Assembly (NCBI GenBank): GCA_964352335.1
Contig: CAYGRO010000002.1
Coordinates: 77,138 to 141,137, forward strand
Direction of reading: 5' to 3'
Source of the DNA: an uncultured Gammaproteobacteria bacterium
GTDB taxonomy: Bacteria > Patescibacteriota > Patescibacteriia > VMEV01 > CAYQCH01
Length of the DNA stretch: 64,000 nt
Shown here: one piece after another, positions 1 to 8,073 of the stretch
Numbering within the stretch: the stretch's first letter is position 1
Layout: every line of letters starts with the position of its first letter
The notes under the pieces: model-generated
Databases searched by the model: none
The model's input: only the letters and a program-made list of their open reading frames with translations
What the model was told of the DNA's origin: nothing
Made by a program: the position numbers and the translations under genes

Positions 1-360
1 AAGAGGAATCAACCAATCCGCAAGTAAAAAAACAAAGCCAGATAGAAGAAATAAAGAAATCAATAATAAAAATAAAACCGATTCAGCCAATTTCCAGGCC
101 TCTTCTTTATTTCGTTTTAAATATTCCGAAAAGACTGGAATAAATCCAGCAGAAAGTGCACCTAAAACAAGTAAACTAAAAACAAAATCAGGAATTCTAA
201 ATGCAGCATAATAAATATCTAATGATTCCCCCGCTCCAAATGTTGTCGCAAGTAAACGATCTCTATATACCCCAAGTAACCGACTAAATAAACCAGCAAA
301 ACCTAAAACAACTGCACCTGAGGCAATTGATCGAGAAGCTTGATTAAAAAGTCTATGCAT
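1..360 (-). CDS. murJ: Lipid II flippase MurJ (MviN), 5' part; runs off the window edge
   Basis: Manual translation MHRLFNQASRSIASGAVVLGFAGLFSRLLGVYRDRLLATTFGAGESLDIYYAAFRIPDFVF...GALSAGFIPVF matches the MurJ N-terminal motifs SRLLG..RD and AFRIP. Confidence 0.9.
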   Translation of the reverse strand, partial: MHRLFNQASRSIASGAVVLGFAGLFSRLLGVYRDRLLATTFGAGESLDIYYAAFRIPDFVFSLLVLGALSAGFIPVFSEYLKRNKEEAWKLAESVLFLLLISLFLLSGFVFLLADWLIPL

Positions 361-416
361 CACATTGTTAAAGTCTAAATACTAAAAGCATTTCTTTTGA
401 TTTGGGAGTTGTTTTT

Positions 417-1577
417 TTATCTTTTTTGTAATCGATAAATAATATCTTCTTTATCATCGCTAATCAAAATTGATTCGTCTGATAAAACAAGAATTCCAGC
501 AGGTCTGCCAATAGAATTACCATCTTCTAAAAGGAAACCAGATAAAAGAGATTCACGAACCTGAAAATCGCTTTCAGAAGTTAAACGTATAACCTCATAC
601 CCCGATGGTTCTTTTCTATTCCATGAACCATGTAAAGCAATAATGGCGTCTCCCTCCAAAAAGTCAATCCCTAATGGTGCTTCATGGGCAATGAAATCAT
701 AAAAACTAGGTTCTGCAGATAAACACTCAGTTGATTGATTATATTCTGGGTCAATTATATTTTTCCCATAACAATAAGGAAAACCATAATCTTTTCCTTC
801 TTTGACAAGATTTAATTCATCTGGTGGCAAGTCATCTCCTAACCAATCTCTTCCCATTTCAGTAGCAAATAATTGTCCTTCATCATTCCAGTTAAAAAAC
901 ACAGCATTTCTCAAACCCGTTGCATAGGTCACAAGCTCTTGAGTAGAAAGTGTGTATCTAAGAATAGTTGTTCTTCGTTCATCATCTTCAATACAAATAT
1001 TACAGCTACTTCCAACGGAAATATATAATTCGTCCGTATCAGGAGCGAAAGCGATTGTTCTTGTCCAATGTCTCCCATCTGCAGGCAAATCTAAAATTGT
1101 CCGCGGATTAGTCGCCTTCTGATTTTTATAATCGTATTCAATTACTTGACCAGTTTCCGCAATATACAATTTTGCATCTTTAATAGCCAAACCATGAGGC
1201 CTATTCAAATTATCGACGAGCACTTCTTGTTCCCCTTTTTCATTCAAAAGTGAAACTCTTGATTGACTTGGCTCACTTACAAGTATGGCACCACTTTCAT
1301 CTTCTATCATGACACGAGGATTAATAATAGCGTCAGAATAAATAGATAACCGAAAGTCTGGATGAACAATAAAGGGCCCATTATCTACATCATTTTCATT
1401 ATCTTGGTTTTTCAGATTTTGTATAAATGTTGAAGTATCATTGCCAGAATCGCCTATTACAGGTTTCAGCGCATTCCAATAGGGTTTTAGATAAACCCCC
1501 GTAATAATAGCAATAATAGTAATAATAAGGGCTGTTCCCAACCAAATCGATTTATTTTTCAACATAATAGTAGACAT
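417..1577 (-). CDS. PQQ-dependent sugar/sorbosone dehydrogenase family beta-propeller, N-terminal TM anchor (start may be 1565)
   Basis: HWTRTIAF, LYISVGSSCN, GLRNAV, GRDWLGDDLPPDELN, GKDYGFPYC, HGSWNR and GRPAG motifs. Confidence 0.85.
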   Translation of the reverse strand: MSTIMLKNKSIWLGTALIITIIAIITGVYLKPYWNALKPVIGDSGNDTSTFIQNLKNQDNENDVDNGPFIVHPDFRLSIYSDAIINPRVMIEDESGAILVSEPSQSRVSLLNEKGEQEVLVDNLNRPHGLAIKDAKLYIAETGQVIEYDYKNQKATNPRTILDLPADGRHWTRTIAFAPDTDELYISVGSSCNICIEDDERRTTILRYTLSTQELVTYATGLRNAVFFNWNDEGQLFATEMGRDWLGDDLPPDELNLVKEGKDYGFPYCYGKNIIDPEYNQSTECLSAEPSFYDFIAHEAPLGIDFLEGDAIIALHGSWNRKEPSGYEVIRLTSESDFQVRESLLSGFLLEDGNSIGRPAGILVLSDESILISDDKEDIIYRLQKR

Positions 1578-1606
1578 TTGACAATAAGATACTTCTATTG
1601 TACTAT
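1578..1606 (+). promoter_or_regulatory. sigma70 promoter for ncRNA candidate 1
   Basis: TTGACA (1578-1583), 17-nt spacer, TACTAT (1601-1606). Confidence 0.75.
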
Positions 1607-1612
1607 AGATCA

Positions 1613-2028
1613 GTCATACAGAGATATCCACCGTAGGATGTCAATGTACCAACTATGAGGCTGGGTGCTCAGTAGTGGCTCGTAGTCGCTGCTGAGTATA
1701 TAACCCGTCCGAGTCTCGTCGATAATACGAGATACCTACGACGAAATCCTTTCGCGTTAACGGTATGAGTTGATCACTGCTCGATTCAACTCCTCGGACG
1801 GGTCACTACCAGTATCAAACATGGACTTTGTGTCGCTTCGGCTTCCGGAGGGCAAGACCACAGGCTTAAGCAAAAAGTCGCTCGCGTAAGTGAGGGACCA
1901 TGTTCGTAGAACAGCCAAACTCGGTCAAGTCGTCTAGTTCCGCAGTTGCGGCACAAGTCCCCCTTCTTTCCCCCGAGGGGTCATTCGGTAGCTCCCCCCT
2001 TGCTACTGGATGGCCCCTCTTCTTTTTT
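1613..2028 (+). ncRNA. Candidate structured ncRNA 1 (~415 nt), family unknown
   Basis: Lies between a promoter and a terminator with no credible ORF; 15-bp G-U-rich hairpin at ~1666-1698; 11-bp helix 1703-1713/1793-1803 closing three hairpins; AACATGG/CCATGTT domain with UUCG and GUAA loops. Confidence 0.7.
1975..2028 (+). terminator. Intrinsic terminator of ncRNA candidate 1
   Basis: 18-bp stem GAGGGGTCATTCGGTAGC/GCTACTGGATGGCCCCTC with G-U pairs valid only on +, followed by TTCTTTTTT. Confidence 0.8.
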
Positions 2029-2176
2029 CAAAATCTTCAATATCACAAAAATCGCTGTCAGATATTTCTGACAGCGATTTTAAAACCACCTGATTATTTG
2101 TCAATAAAAATAGTGATAAATAGTGGTTAGATTTTTTGTCAAAAAAAGTTTTCAACATTTTACCCCAAATAACCTC

Positions 2177-2205
2177 TTGACCTAGCTCACTGCCACTGAT
2201 ATTAT
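2177..2205 (+). promoter_or_regulatory. sigma70 promoter with extended -10 for ncRNA candidate 2
   Basis: TTGACC (2177-2182), 17-nt spacer, TGa-TATTAT (2197-2205). Confidence 0.7.
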
Positions 2206-2211
2206 TCATAG

Positions 2212-3125
2212 CACCAATACAGAGGACTTGTTCTCTGAAGCGGAAAAAATCCTCCCTTGAAATACAGGAAGGTATGTCAGAATCCTTGGTTACTAAGCTG
2301 AGCAATCAGTAAAAGTGAATAAGGAATACTGGGCATTTGCACTTCACCCGCAAGGTGAAATGATCGTTCAAACTCAAGTATGCTCGTTATGCGAGAGCAG
2401 AGGCAAGGCATTGCCTATTCCCTGCTCACGTAGTAGGGATATACTTGAACAAGAACATCAATTCAGTCTCATCGTCTTGGTTCACTCCTCGGCGCTAACA
2501 ACTGAAATACAAATGACTCACCAATTCAGGAAAACTTATTTCGCTCTCGTAGTGAAAATCGTGATCAAGCCTAAGATAAGCAAACTAACTCTTCTGAGCT
2601 AGCGAGCAAATCGATACCGCAAGACCACGAATAGACCAAAGGAACAAGCCAACACTTGCACCTAGATCTAAAAGTCATCTTTCTGAAATACTGATATGGA
2701 CTCGGAGCAGATCAACTTATACGCCCCTAAACAAGGCGGAGTGAACCGAATCACTAGTTGATCTAAGTAAGGCCTTAAAACCTGAATCATTGCTCCACTC
2801 GCGACCCCTTGCTGAATGAACAGCAATCTGGCAACAGAAAAAGGGAAACGAAAAAACGCGCATCCTGAAAACGTACGCATACGGATGTGAGAGCCGACTA
2901 TTCCAAGGAAGCTCAAGGTCCTCGACGACAAATCACCAGCAGATGGTAACATCGTCAAACGTAGAGACTCTGCAATGTGTGACTGCTAGCAGTCATCTCG
3001 ATTCAAACCGAGTACGAAGCTTTTCGGAGCTCTGTAACAAACGGTCAATACGAGGGCATCCATGAAGCCTGGCACGAGAAACGTTCTTCGGAACTAACTT
3101 GTGCCAGGCTTCTCCCATTTCAGAC
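2212..3125 (+). ncRNA. Candidate large structured ncRNA 2 (~900 nt), family unknown
   Basis: No credible ORF; many hairpins with GCAA/UUCG loops; multiway junctions; long-range 10-bp GGTTCACTCC (2479-2488)/GGAGTGAACC (2738-2747); terminal 15-bp stem 3064-3078/3098-3112. Confidence 0.72.
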
Positions 3126-3132
3126 CTGTTTT

Positions 3133-4614
3133 TCAAAAAATACTTAAATCCGTTAATAACTCTAAAGGTGCTTTATCATCCGTAAATAATTTCACAGAAG
3201 TATCTGTGATTTTTTTGATCGAAAAATAAGGTGGGAATGGCATTTCAGAATCTTCATAGATTTGATTAAGATCATCAAAATCAATTTCAGTATCGCTCGC
3301 AAAAATGAGTGAATTAGATCCTATTTCTGTATGTAATAAATACACATTTGCAAACACCTTATTGGTCGTTGCAATTAATCTCTCTGCTAATTCTGTTTCA
3401 TGTCCTAATGCGATATTGAATGCAAGTATCCCCTCTGGATTCAATCTTGATTGTGCTAATTGAAAAAACTCAATAGTTGCCATATGAAAAGGGATTTGAA
3501 ACTCATTGGCATATGCATCAACCAAAAGTAAATCATAGGTTGAATCTGTGCTTGCTAAAAATTGCCGTCCATCTGCAATAACCGGATTCACATTAAAAAG
3601 ATCTTCATCAAAATAGTTTTTCACTAAATCAAATACAGCTGGATCAATATCTACCCCATCTATTTCGCTTACAAATTGAGCAGCAGGTGTTTCTCTCCAT
3701 ATCCTAGGAATAGTCCCACCAGCAAAGCCTAGTACTGCAGTATTCAGGTTTTCACCACCATGAATAAATGGCAAAATAGCTAGCCAGTCCCAATACCTCC
3801 CCGTCCATGGAGTTCCTTTTTGATGCACAGACTGGACTCCTAAACCTTCATTAAAGATAATACTAAATTTTTCTTCATCCTCAATTAAACGAATTGTTTG
3901 ATACGGTGTCTCTTTTCCAAAAACAATCCCAGGCCCTTTCAATGGATTTGGTTTAAGTCCAAAACCAATAAGAATTAGTAGAAGAATAAGAATAACTTTT
4001 TTCCATCTATTAGATTTTTCTACAACTATTGAGAGCAACATCACAATAAGAGCAACAGAAATAAATGTAATATGAGTCCCAATAATAGGATAAAAAACAA
4101 TTGGCGTTAAAATAGAGCCAATAATACTACCAATAGTCGAAATTGCGAACACTTTCCCAGATATTGTTCCAGGATGATGCCCATCTCTGCCTAAGAGCTC
4201 GATGATAAGCGGACTAACAAAACCATAAAAGATACAAGCTGGCATTAAAACTATAAGCGATGCAGAAAATATCAGAAAAAAAGCTCCCCCAGATGGAATA
4301 TTCCCTCTATAGATTACAGGCAATATATTCCCTATAACATAAACAAAGTATGGGATGAGAAATGTACAAATCGATGCGAAAAAAAATGCATTCGAAAGCT
4401 CTTTTTTAATATCTTCTCTTTTTGAGATAGTCGCTCCAATAAAATACCCTATTGCCAATGCTGCTAAAGTAACACTAATGGCGCTTGTCCAAATAAAAAC
4501 TGAGGCGCCAAAAAACGGAGTCAGTAACCGTGCACCTGCTATTTCTACGATAAGAACACAAGCACCACTTATTCCAGCAATAAAGTAAAAGAATTTGAGC
4601 GAGTTATTTTTCAT
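3133..4614 (-). CDS. Fused MFS-like membrane domain / spermidine synthase-like SAM methyltransferase
   Basis: N-terminal TM helices (EIAGARLLTPFFG, STIGSIIG) plus VLGFAGGT, DIDP, DGRQFL, YDLLLVDAY and FTDDKAP motifs. Confidence 0.85.
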   Translation of the reverse strand: MKNNSLKFFYFIAGISGACVLIVEIAGARLLTPFFGASVFIWTSAISVTLAALAIGYFIGATISKREDIKKELSNAFFFASICTFLIPYFVYVIGNILPVIYRGNIPSGGAFFLIFSASLIVLMPACIFYGFVSPLIIELLGRDGHHPGTISGKVFAISTIGSIIGSILTPIVFYPIIGTHITFISVALIVMLLSIVVEKSNRWKKVILILLLILIGFGLKPNPLKGPGIVFGKETPYQTIRLIEDEEKFSIIFNEGLGVQSVHQKGTPWTGRYWDWLAILPFIHGGENLNTAVLGFAGGTIPRIWRETPAAQFVSEIDGVDIDPAVFDLVKNYFDEDLFNVNPVIADGRQFLASTDSTYDLLLVDAYANEFQIPFHMATIEFFQLAQSRLNPEGILAFNIALGHETELAERLIATTNKVFANVYLLHTEIGSNSLIFASDTEIDFDDLNQIYEDSEMPFPPYFSIKKITDTSVKLFTDDKAPLELLTDLSIF

Positions 4615-4653
4615 ATAATAAAAAAGCTAGTGCAGAATCACTAGCTTAATTTT

Positions 4654-4851
4654 TTATTTTGCTAATTCCTGTTTGATTAATTCTGTCAATTCTGCAATAT
4701 GCTCTTCTTTATCTGACACCATTTTTTTCCAAAATGATTCGCTTTCTACTGCTTGAGCGTCATTAATATAATGCTCTTTGATTTTCCATAAACTTTTATG
4801 TTCTTGAACGCATTGATTCATGAGATTATAAAGGTTATTGTCGTACATCAT
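4654..4851 (-). CDS. Small ferritin-like helical hypothetical protein
   Basis: YNLMNQCVQEHKSLWKIKEHY...DKEEHI pattern; upstream TGcTATAAT -10; downstream hairpin at ~4620-4648. Confidence 0.6.
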   Translation of the reverse strand: MMYDNNLYNLMNQCVQEHKSLWKIKEHYINDAQAVESESFWKKMVSDKEEHIAELTELIKQELAK

Positions 4852-5205
4852 AAATATAGTTTGACGAATTAATAACCTCATTATAGCATAAAGCTAGCAA
4901 AACAGACTTCAAGAAAGGAAGTGAAGCTTGCTTATCAACCCATTCGATTATCATTTTAGTTTCGACCAAAAAAAAGGTCGTAAACATTTAACCAACAAAA
5001 TACGCGTCAGAGGCTATCCGCTTCGTGCACGTACCCGAGTGGACCAGTTCCAACGGTATATCACGGGCCATAAGCTCGGTCTCTGAGGAACCAAGAGACT
5101 TAGGAGGGAATCCGCCATGTCGTTCACAAACGACATGGCGTTTTTCATTCACAAATGAAAGCAGAGTAGGTTCAGCGCTGGGCTTACTACTACTCTGCGG
5201 GCGAC

Positions 5206-6081
5206 TTACGCCAGAACGGACTTGTGCATCAAGCTGGTTTTCATTTGCTTGAGGATTTTGGCGAGGTTTTCGGCAGTGCCGATCTCCACCCTCTCCTTTG
5301 ACTTGACCGCCGAAAGATCAAGCATTCTGTCAGAAGCATTACCAGGAGCAACACCAATGACCATCTTTCCCGTCTGCTCGCGAATGGTTTTGAGGAAGGT
5401 CACATCGCTCTCTGAGTCACCGAAGACATAGGAGCGCCTCCAGTCAATGGAAGTACCTCGTGAGTCAGCCCACTTAGTGAGCCGACGAAAGGCCCACTCG
5501 GCTGCAAGGTGCTTGCCGTAGCCCTCAGGAGAGATATCAGCAAGATTGCCTTCTTCCCCATGACTCACTTGAACCCGATGGCCACGGTTGAAGGTCTCAA
5601 CCGCCTCGCGAACCCTCTGAGAGAATTCAGGTGCGGCCTTCCCTGAACTAATCCCTGGGTTGACCAGGATGATGTTCACAACCTGATTCCCGCTTTCGAA
5701 TAGCGTGAGATCGTAGCGGCGAAGATGCTGCAGCAATTGCAGGCGATCCACATTGCACCAGAACGAGTCGTGGTACTGTTTATGGACGGTATGGCTATAG
5801 GACTTGAGGTCCACACAGACCGCCCCGGACTCGGCAAAATGCCAATTCCACGCAGAGCGACCGAGGACCGTATGCGCGATGTCATGAACTCGCCCCGCGG
5901 GCTTATTCGTAACGATCACCACGACAAAGTTGTGCTTGTCGTGCAATTCATCGAGCATCAGCCCGATCTGGTTCATGGACGCACGGTCCAATACCCGAGG
6001 CTTTGGCCAAGGGATAGGCTCGATCAACGTGCGATCGAGATCCATGAAAATGACTTTAACTGGTTTCATTTCACTCTTCAC
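5206..6081 (-). CDS. HAD-superfamily hydrolase (class IIB/Cof-like), GC-rich gene
   Basis: Motif I FMDLDRTL, motif II VTNK, AESGA, DISPEGYGK, motif IV FGDSESD. Confidence 0.75.
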   Translation of the reverse strand: MKSEMKPVKVIFMDLDRTLIEPIPWPKPRVLDRASMNQIGLMLDELHDKHNFVVVIVTNKPAGRVHDIAHTVLGRSAWNWHFAESGAVCVDLKSYSHTVHKQYHDSFWCNVDRLQLLQHLRRYDLTLFESGNQVVNIILVNPGISSGKAAPEFSQRVREAVETFNRGHRVQVSHGEEGNLADISPEGYGKHLAAEWAFRRLTKWADSRGTSIDWRRSYVFGDSESDVTFLKTIREQTGKMVIGVAPGNASDRMLDLSAVKSKERVEIGTAENLAKILKQMKTSLMHKSVLA

Positions 6082-6170
6082 GACGATCCCCTCAGGATGT
6101 AGGTATTATAACCGGAAAGCACCGGTCATCATTTTTGACGAGAATCAAAATGATGACAAGTCCTTTATCG

Positions 6171-6995
6171 TTACCAATCCTTCAATGCTTTTTCATAATC
6201 TTCTGGAGAACCTATATCAAACCACTTCCCAGAAAAATGGTAACCATATAATTTTTTTTGTTCAATAAGCTTAGGTAAAATATCTATTTCAAAACTCTTA
6301 TCGTCTTTTCCTATATGAGATAATACTTGTGGATTTACCACAAAGAGTCCGCTATTAATCATATGTGAACTCATATCGGAATCTGTTTTTTCTTTTACTT
6401 GAACAACTTTATTTCCTTCCATTTTTATCATTCCCCAACTATCCGTATCTTGAACCGTTGTAACAGCCATTGTTACATGAGATGACTGTGACTGATGAAA
6501 ATCAATAAAATCAAGCCAATCAATATCAGCAAGGACATCTCCATAGATAAGCAAGAACGGATCATTATCTAACTTTTTTTGAGCAATCTTAATTGCTTGA
6601 GCAGTCCCTGTTTCTTGCGTATCAGAACAGTAATCAATATTGACACCATAATTTTGCCCATCACTAAAAACTTCTTCAACTTTATTCCCTAAATGACCGG
6701 TTACTAATACAATGTCTTTAAAACCAACTTTTGATAATGACTCAATGGTATGAGCCAATAAAGGTTTATCGTGAACAGGTAAAAGGGCTTTTGGTAATTC
6801 ATACGTAAGTGGTCGCAAACTCATCCCTTTACCAGCTACGAGTATCACTACTTTCGTTATACGTGAAACAATATGCTCACTTAAAATACTCTCGATTGCA
6901 TGTGATCGATTTCGAATCGTTTTTTTGTCAACGAGCTTATCAATTTTTTCTAAAATACTACCCGCTAAGGTAATGGTAATTCGTTCTTTTGGCAC
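6171..6995 (-). CDS. Ribbon-helix-helix (CopG/NikR-like) domain fused to sugar-phosphate nucleotidyltransferase
   Basis: N-terminal RITITL...IDKLV...NRSHAIE; ILVAGKGMSLRPLT..LPKALLPV, YGDVL and WFDIG motifs. Confidence 0.8.
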   Translation of the reverse strand: MPKERITITLAGSILEKIDKLVDKKTIRNRSHAIESILSEHIVSRITKVVILVAGKGMSLRPLTYELPKALLPVHDKPLLAHTIESLSKVGFKDIVLVTGHLGNKVEEVFSDGQNYGVNIDYCSDTQETGTAQAIKIAQKKLDNDPFLLIYGDVLADIDWLDFIDFHQSQSSHVTMAVTTVQDTDSWGMIKMEGNKVVQVKEKTDSDMSSHMINSGLFVVNPQVLSHIGKDDKSFEIDILPKLIEQKKLYGYHFSGKWFDIGSPEDYEKALKDW

Positions 6996-7073
6996 AATTC
7001 AACAGATGATTATTTACTCAAATGAGATTATCATACTCTTTCATACTTGTCATAATAGACTATCCACAGCCAC

Positions 7074-8024
7074 TTATTCAACAAGAGTTTCTGCTAAATA
7101 GACTCCATCACCACCCACAATAGGATTAGCTGTAGGCATGATTAAGACATAATCTTTCTCATAAACATGATTCTGACCATTTTCTATTGCAAGCACCTCC
7201 CCCTTAGGAAGCAACTGAAAAGAACTCCAATCTTGTGCCCAAGTAAAATCAGAAAATTTTGGTAATATATTCGCAATAACTTTATATTTTGACATTGTAA
7301 AATCTGTTGTATTTTTTTCAATATAGCCTTCAATTGAATTCATTGCAGCTAAAAACCTTATAGCTGTTTGCTCGGCGCAATACTTACTATTTTCATCAAA
7401 ATGAGAACCACATTCAACGCCAATAGACACTGTTTTTCCTTTTACTCTCCCGTGCGTATTAGAATACGTTGTCAACGTTGTCCCTGGTATAAATTCTAAT
7501 AAGTCATAAATATGTCGATAAAAAAATAATTTATCAGCAATCGCCATGTCCTCTTTTTCATATGAACTTAATAAGAATGGATCTGAAGGCTTACTTGTTG
7601 AGTGTAAATCTAAGGTTGCATCAAATTCAGGAATAATTGAGGCAATTTGCTTTGCTCTTTGGATTTCATAATAAGACTGATATTCAGGATTATTCAAGGA
7701 ATCCTCCTCATAAATTCGATTTAAATTGATATCTAAAAATCTAAATTCTGTATCAGCTACCTTTCTTTTGGAAATTGCTTCTCTATACCCTTGATAAGCT
7801 TTTATATTATGAACAATGAGAAAAATTTTCCCATGAATTTTTCGATTCAAAAGATCATGATCATCTATCAATTTGACTAGTGCATGAAAACCCGCGATTT
7901 CATTTCCATGAGTCACTCCAAAAATAGCCACTGAAGGACCTGGATTACCTTGATCAAGACAAAGAACACCTGGGATAGTTTTATAGGTTGATTCAAATAA
8001 GAGTTGTTCCGTTTTTGTATACAT
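7074..8024 (-). CDS. Succinylglutamate desuccinylase/aspartoacylase (M14-like) family protein
   Basis: GVTHGNEIAG, RFLDINLNR, LDLHSTS and VECGSH motifs. Confidence 0.85.
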   Translation of the reverse strand: MYTKTEQLLFESTYKTIPGVLCLDQGNPGPSVAIFGVTHGNEIAGFHALVKLIDDHDLLNRKIHGKIFLIVHNIKAYQGYREAISKRKVADTEFRFLDINLNRIYEEDSLNNPEYQSYYEIQRAKQIASIIPEFDATLDLHSTSKPSDPFLLSSYEKEDMAIADKLFFYRHIYDLLEFIPGTTLTTYSNTHGRVKGKTVSIGVECGSHFDENSKYCAEQTAIRFLAAMNSIEGYIEKNTTDFTMSKYKVIANILPKFSDFTWAQDWSSFQLLPKGEVLAIENGQNHVYEKDYVLIMPTANPIVGGDGVYLAETLVE

Positions 8025-8073
8025 AAAATGTTGTCAGGGAGGGGTCAAAAGACCGCCTCCCCGATTACCACCG

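Noticed and set aside
1613-2028. RNA1 as tmRNA, SRP RNA, 6S RNA or a retron msr-msd
   Set aside because: No tRNA-Ala-like ends or CCA, no SRP domain IV motif, not a single rod, and no reverse transcriptase in the window.
1900-2958. ORFs 1900-2130(+), 2003-2305(-), 2315-2602(+) and 2668-2958(-)
   Set aside because: They are short with no motifs or RBS, and some cross promoters or terminators. The region is better explained by RNA structure.
2860-3000. RNA2 as a group I or group II intron (GTAGAGACT resembles the group I R element; GAGAGCCG resembles the start of domain V)
   Set aside because: There is no matching S element, no domain V hairpin and no interrupted host gene, and the unit has its own promoter. 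An Infernal search is still needed to exclude this fully.
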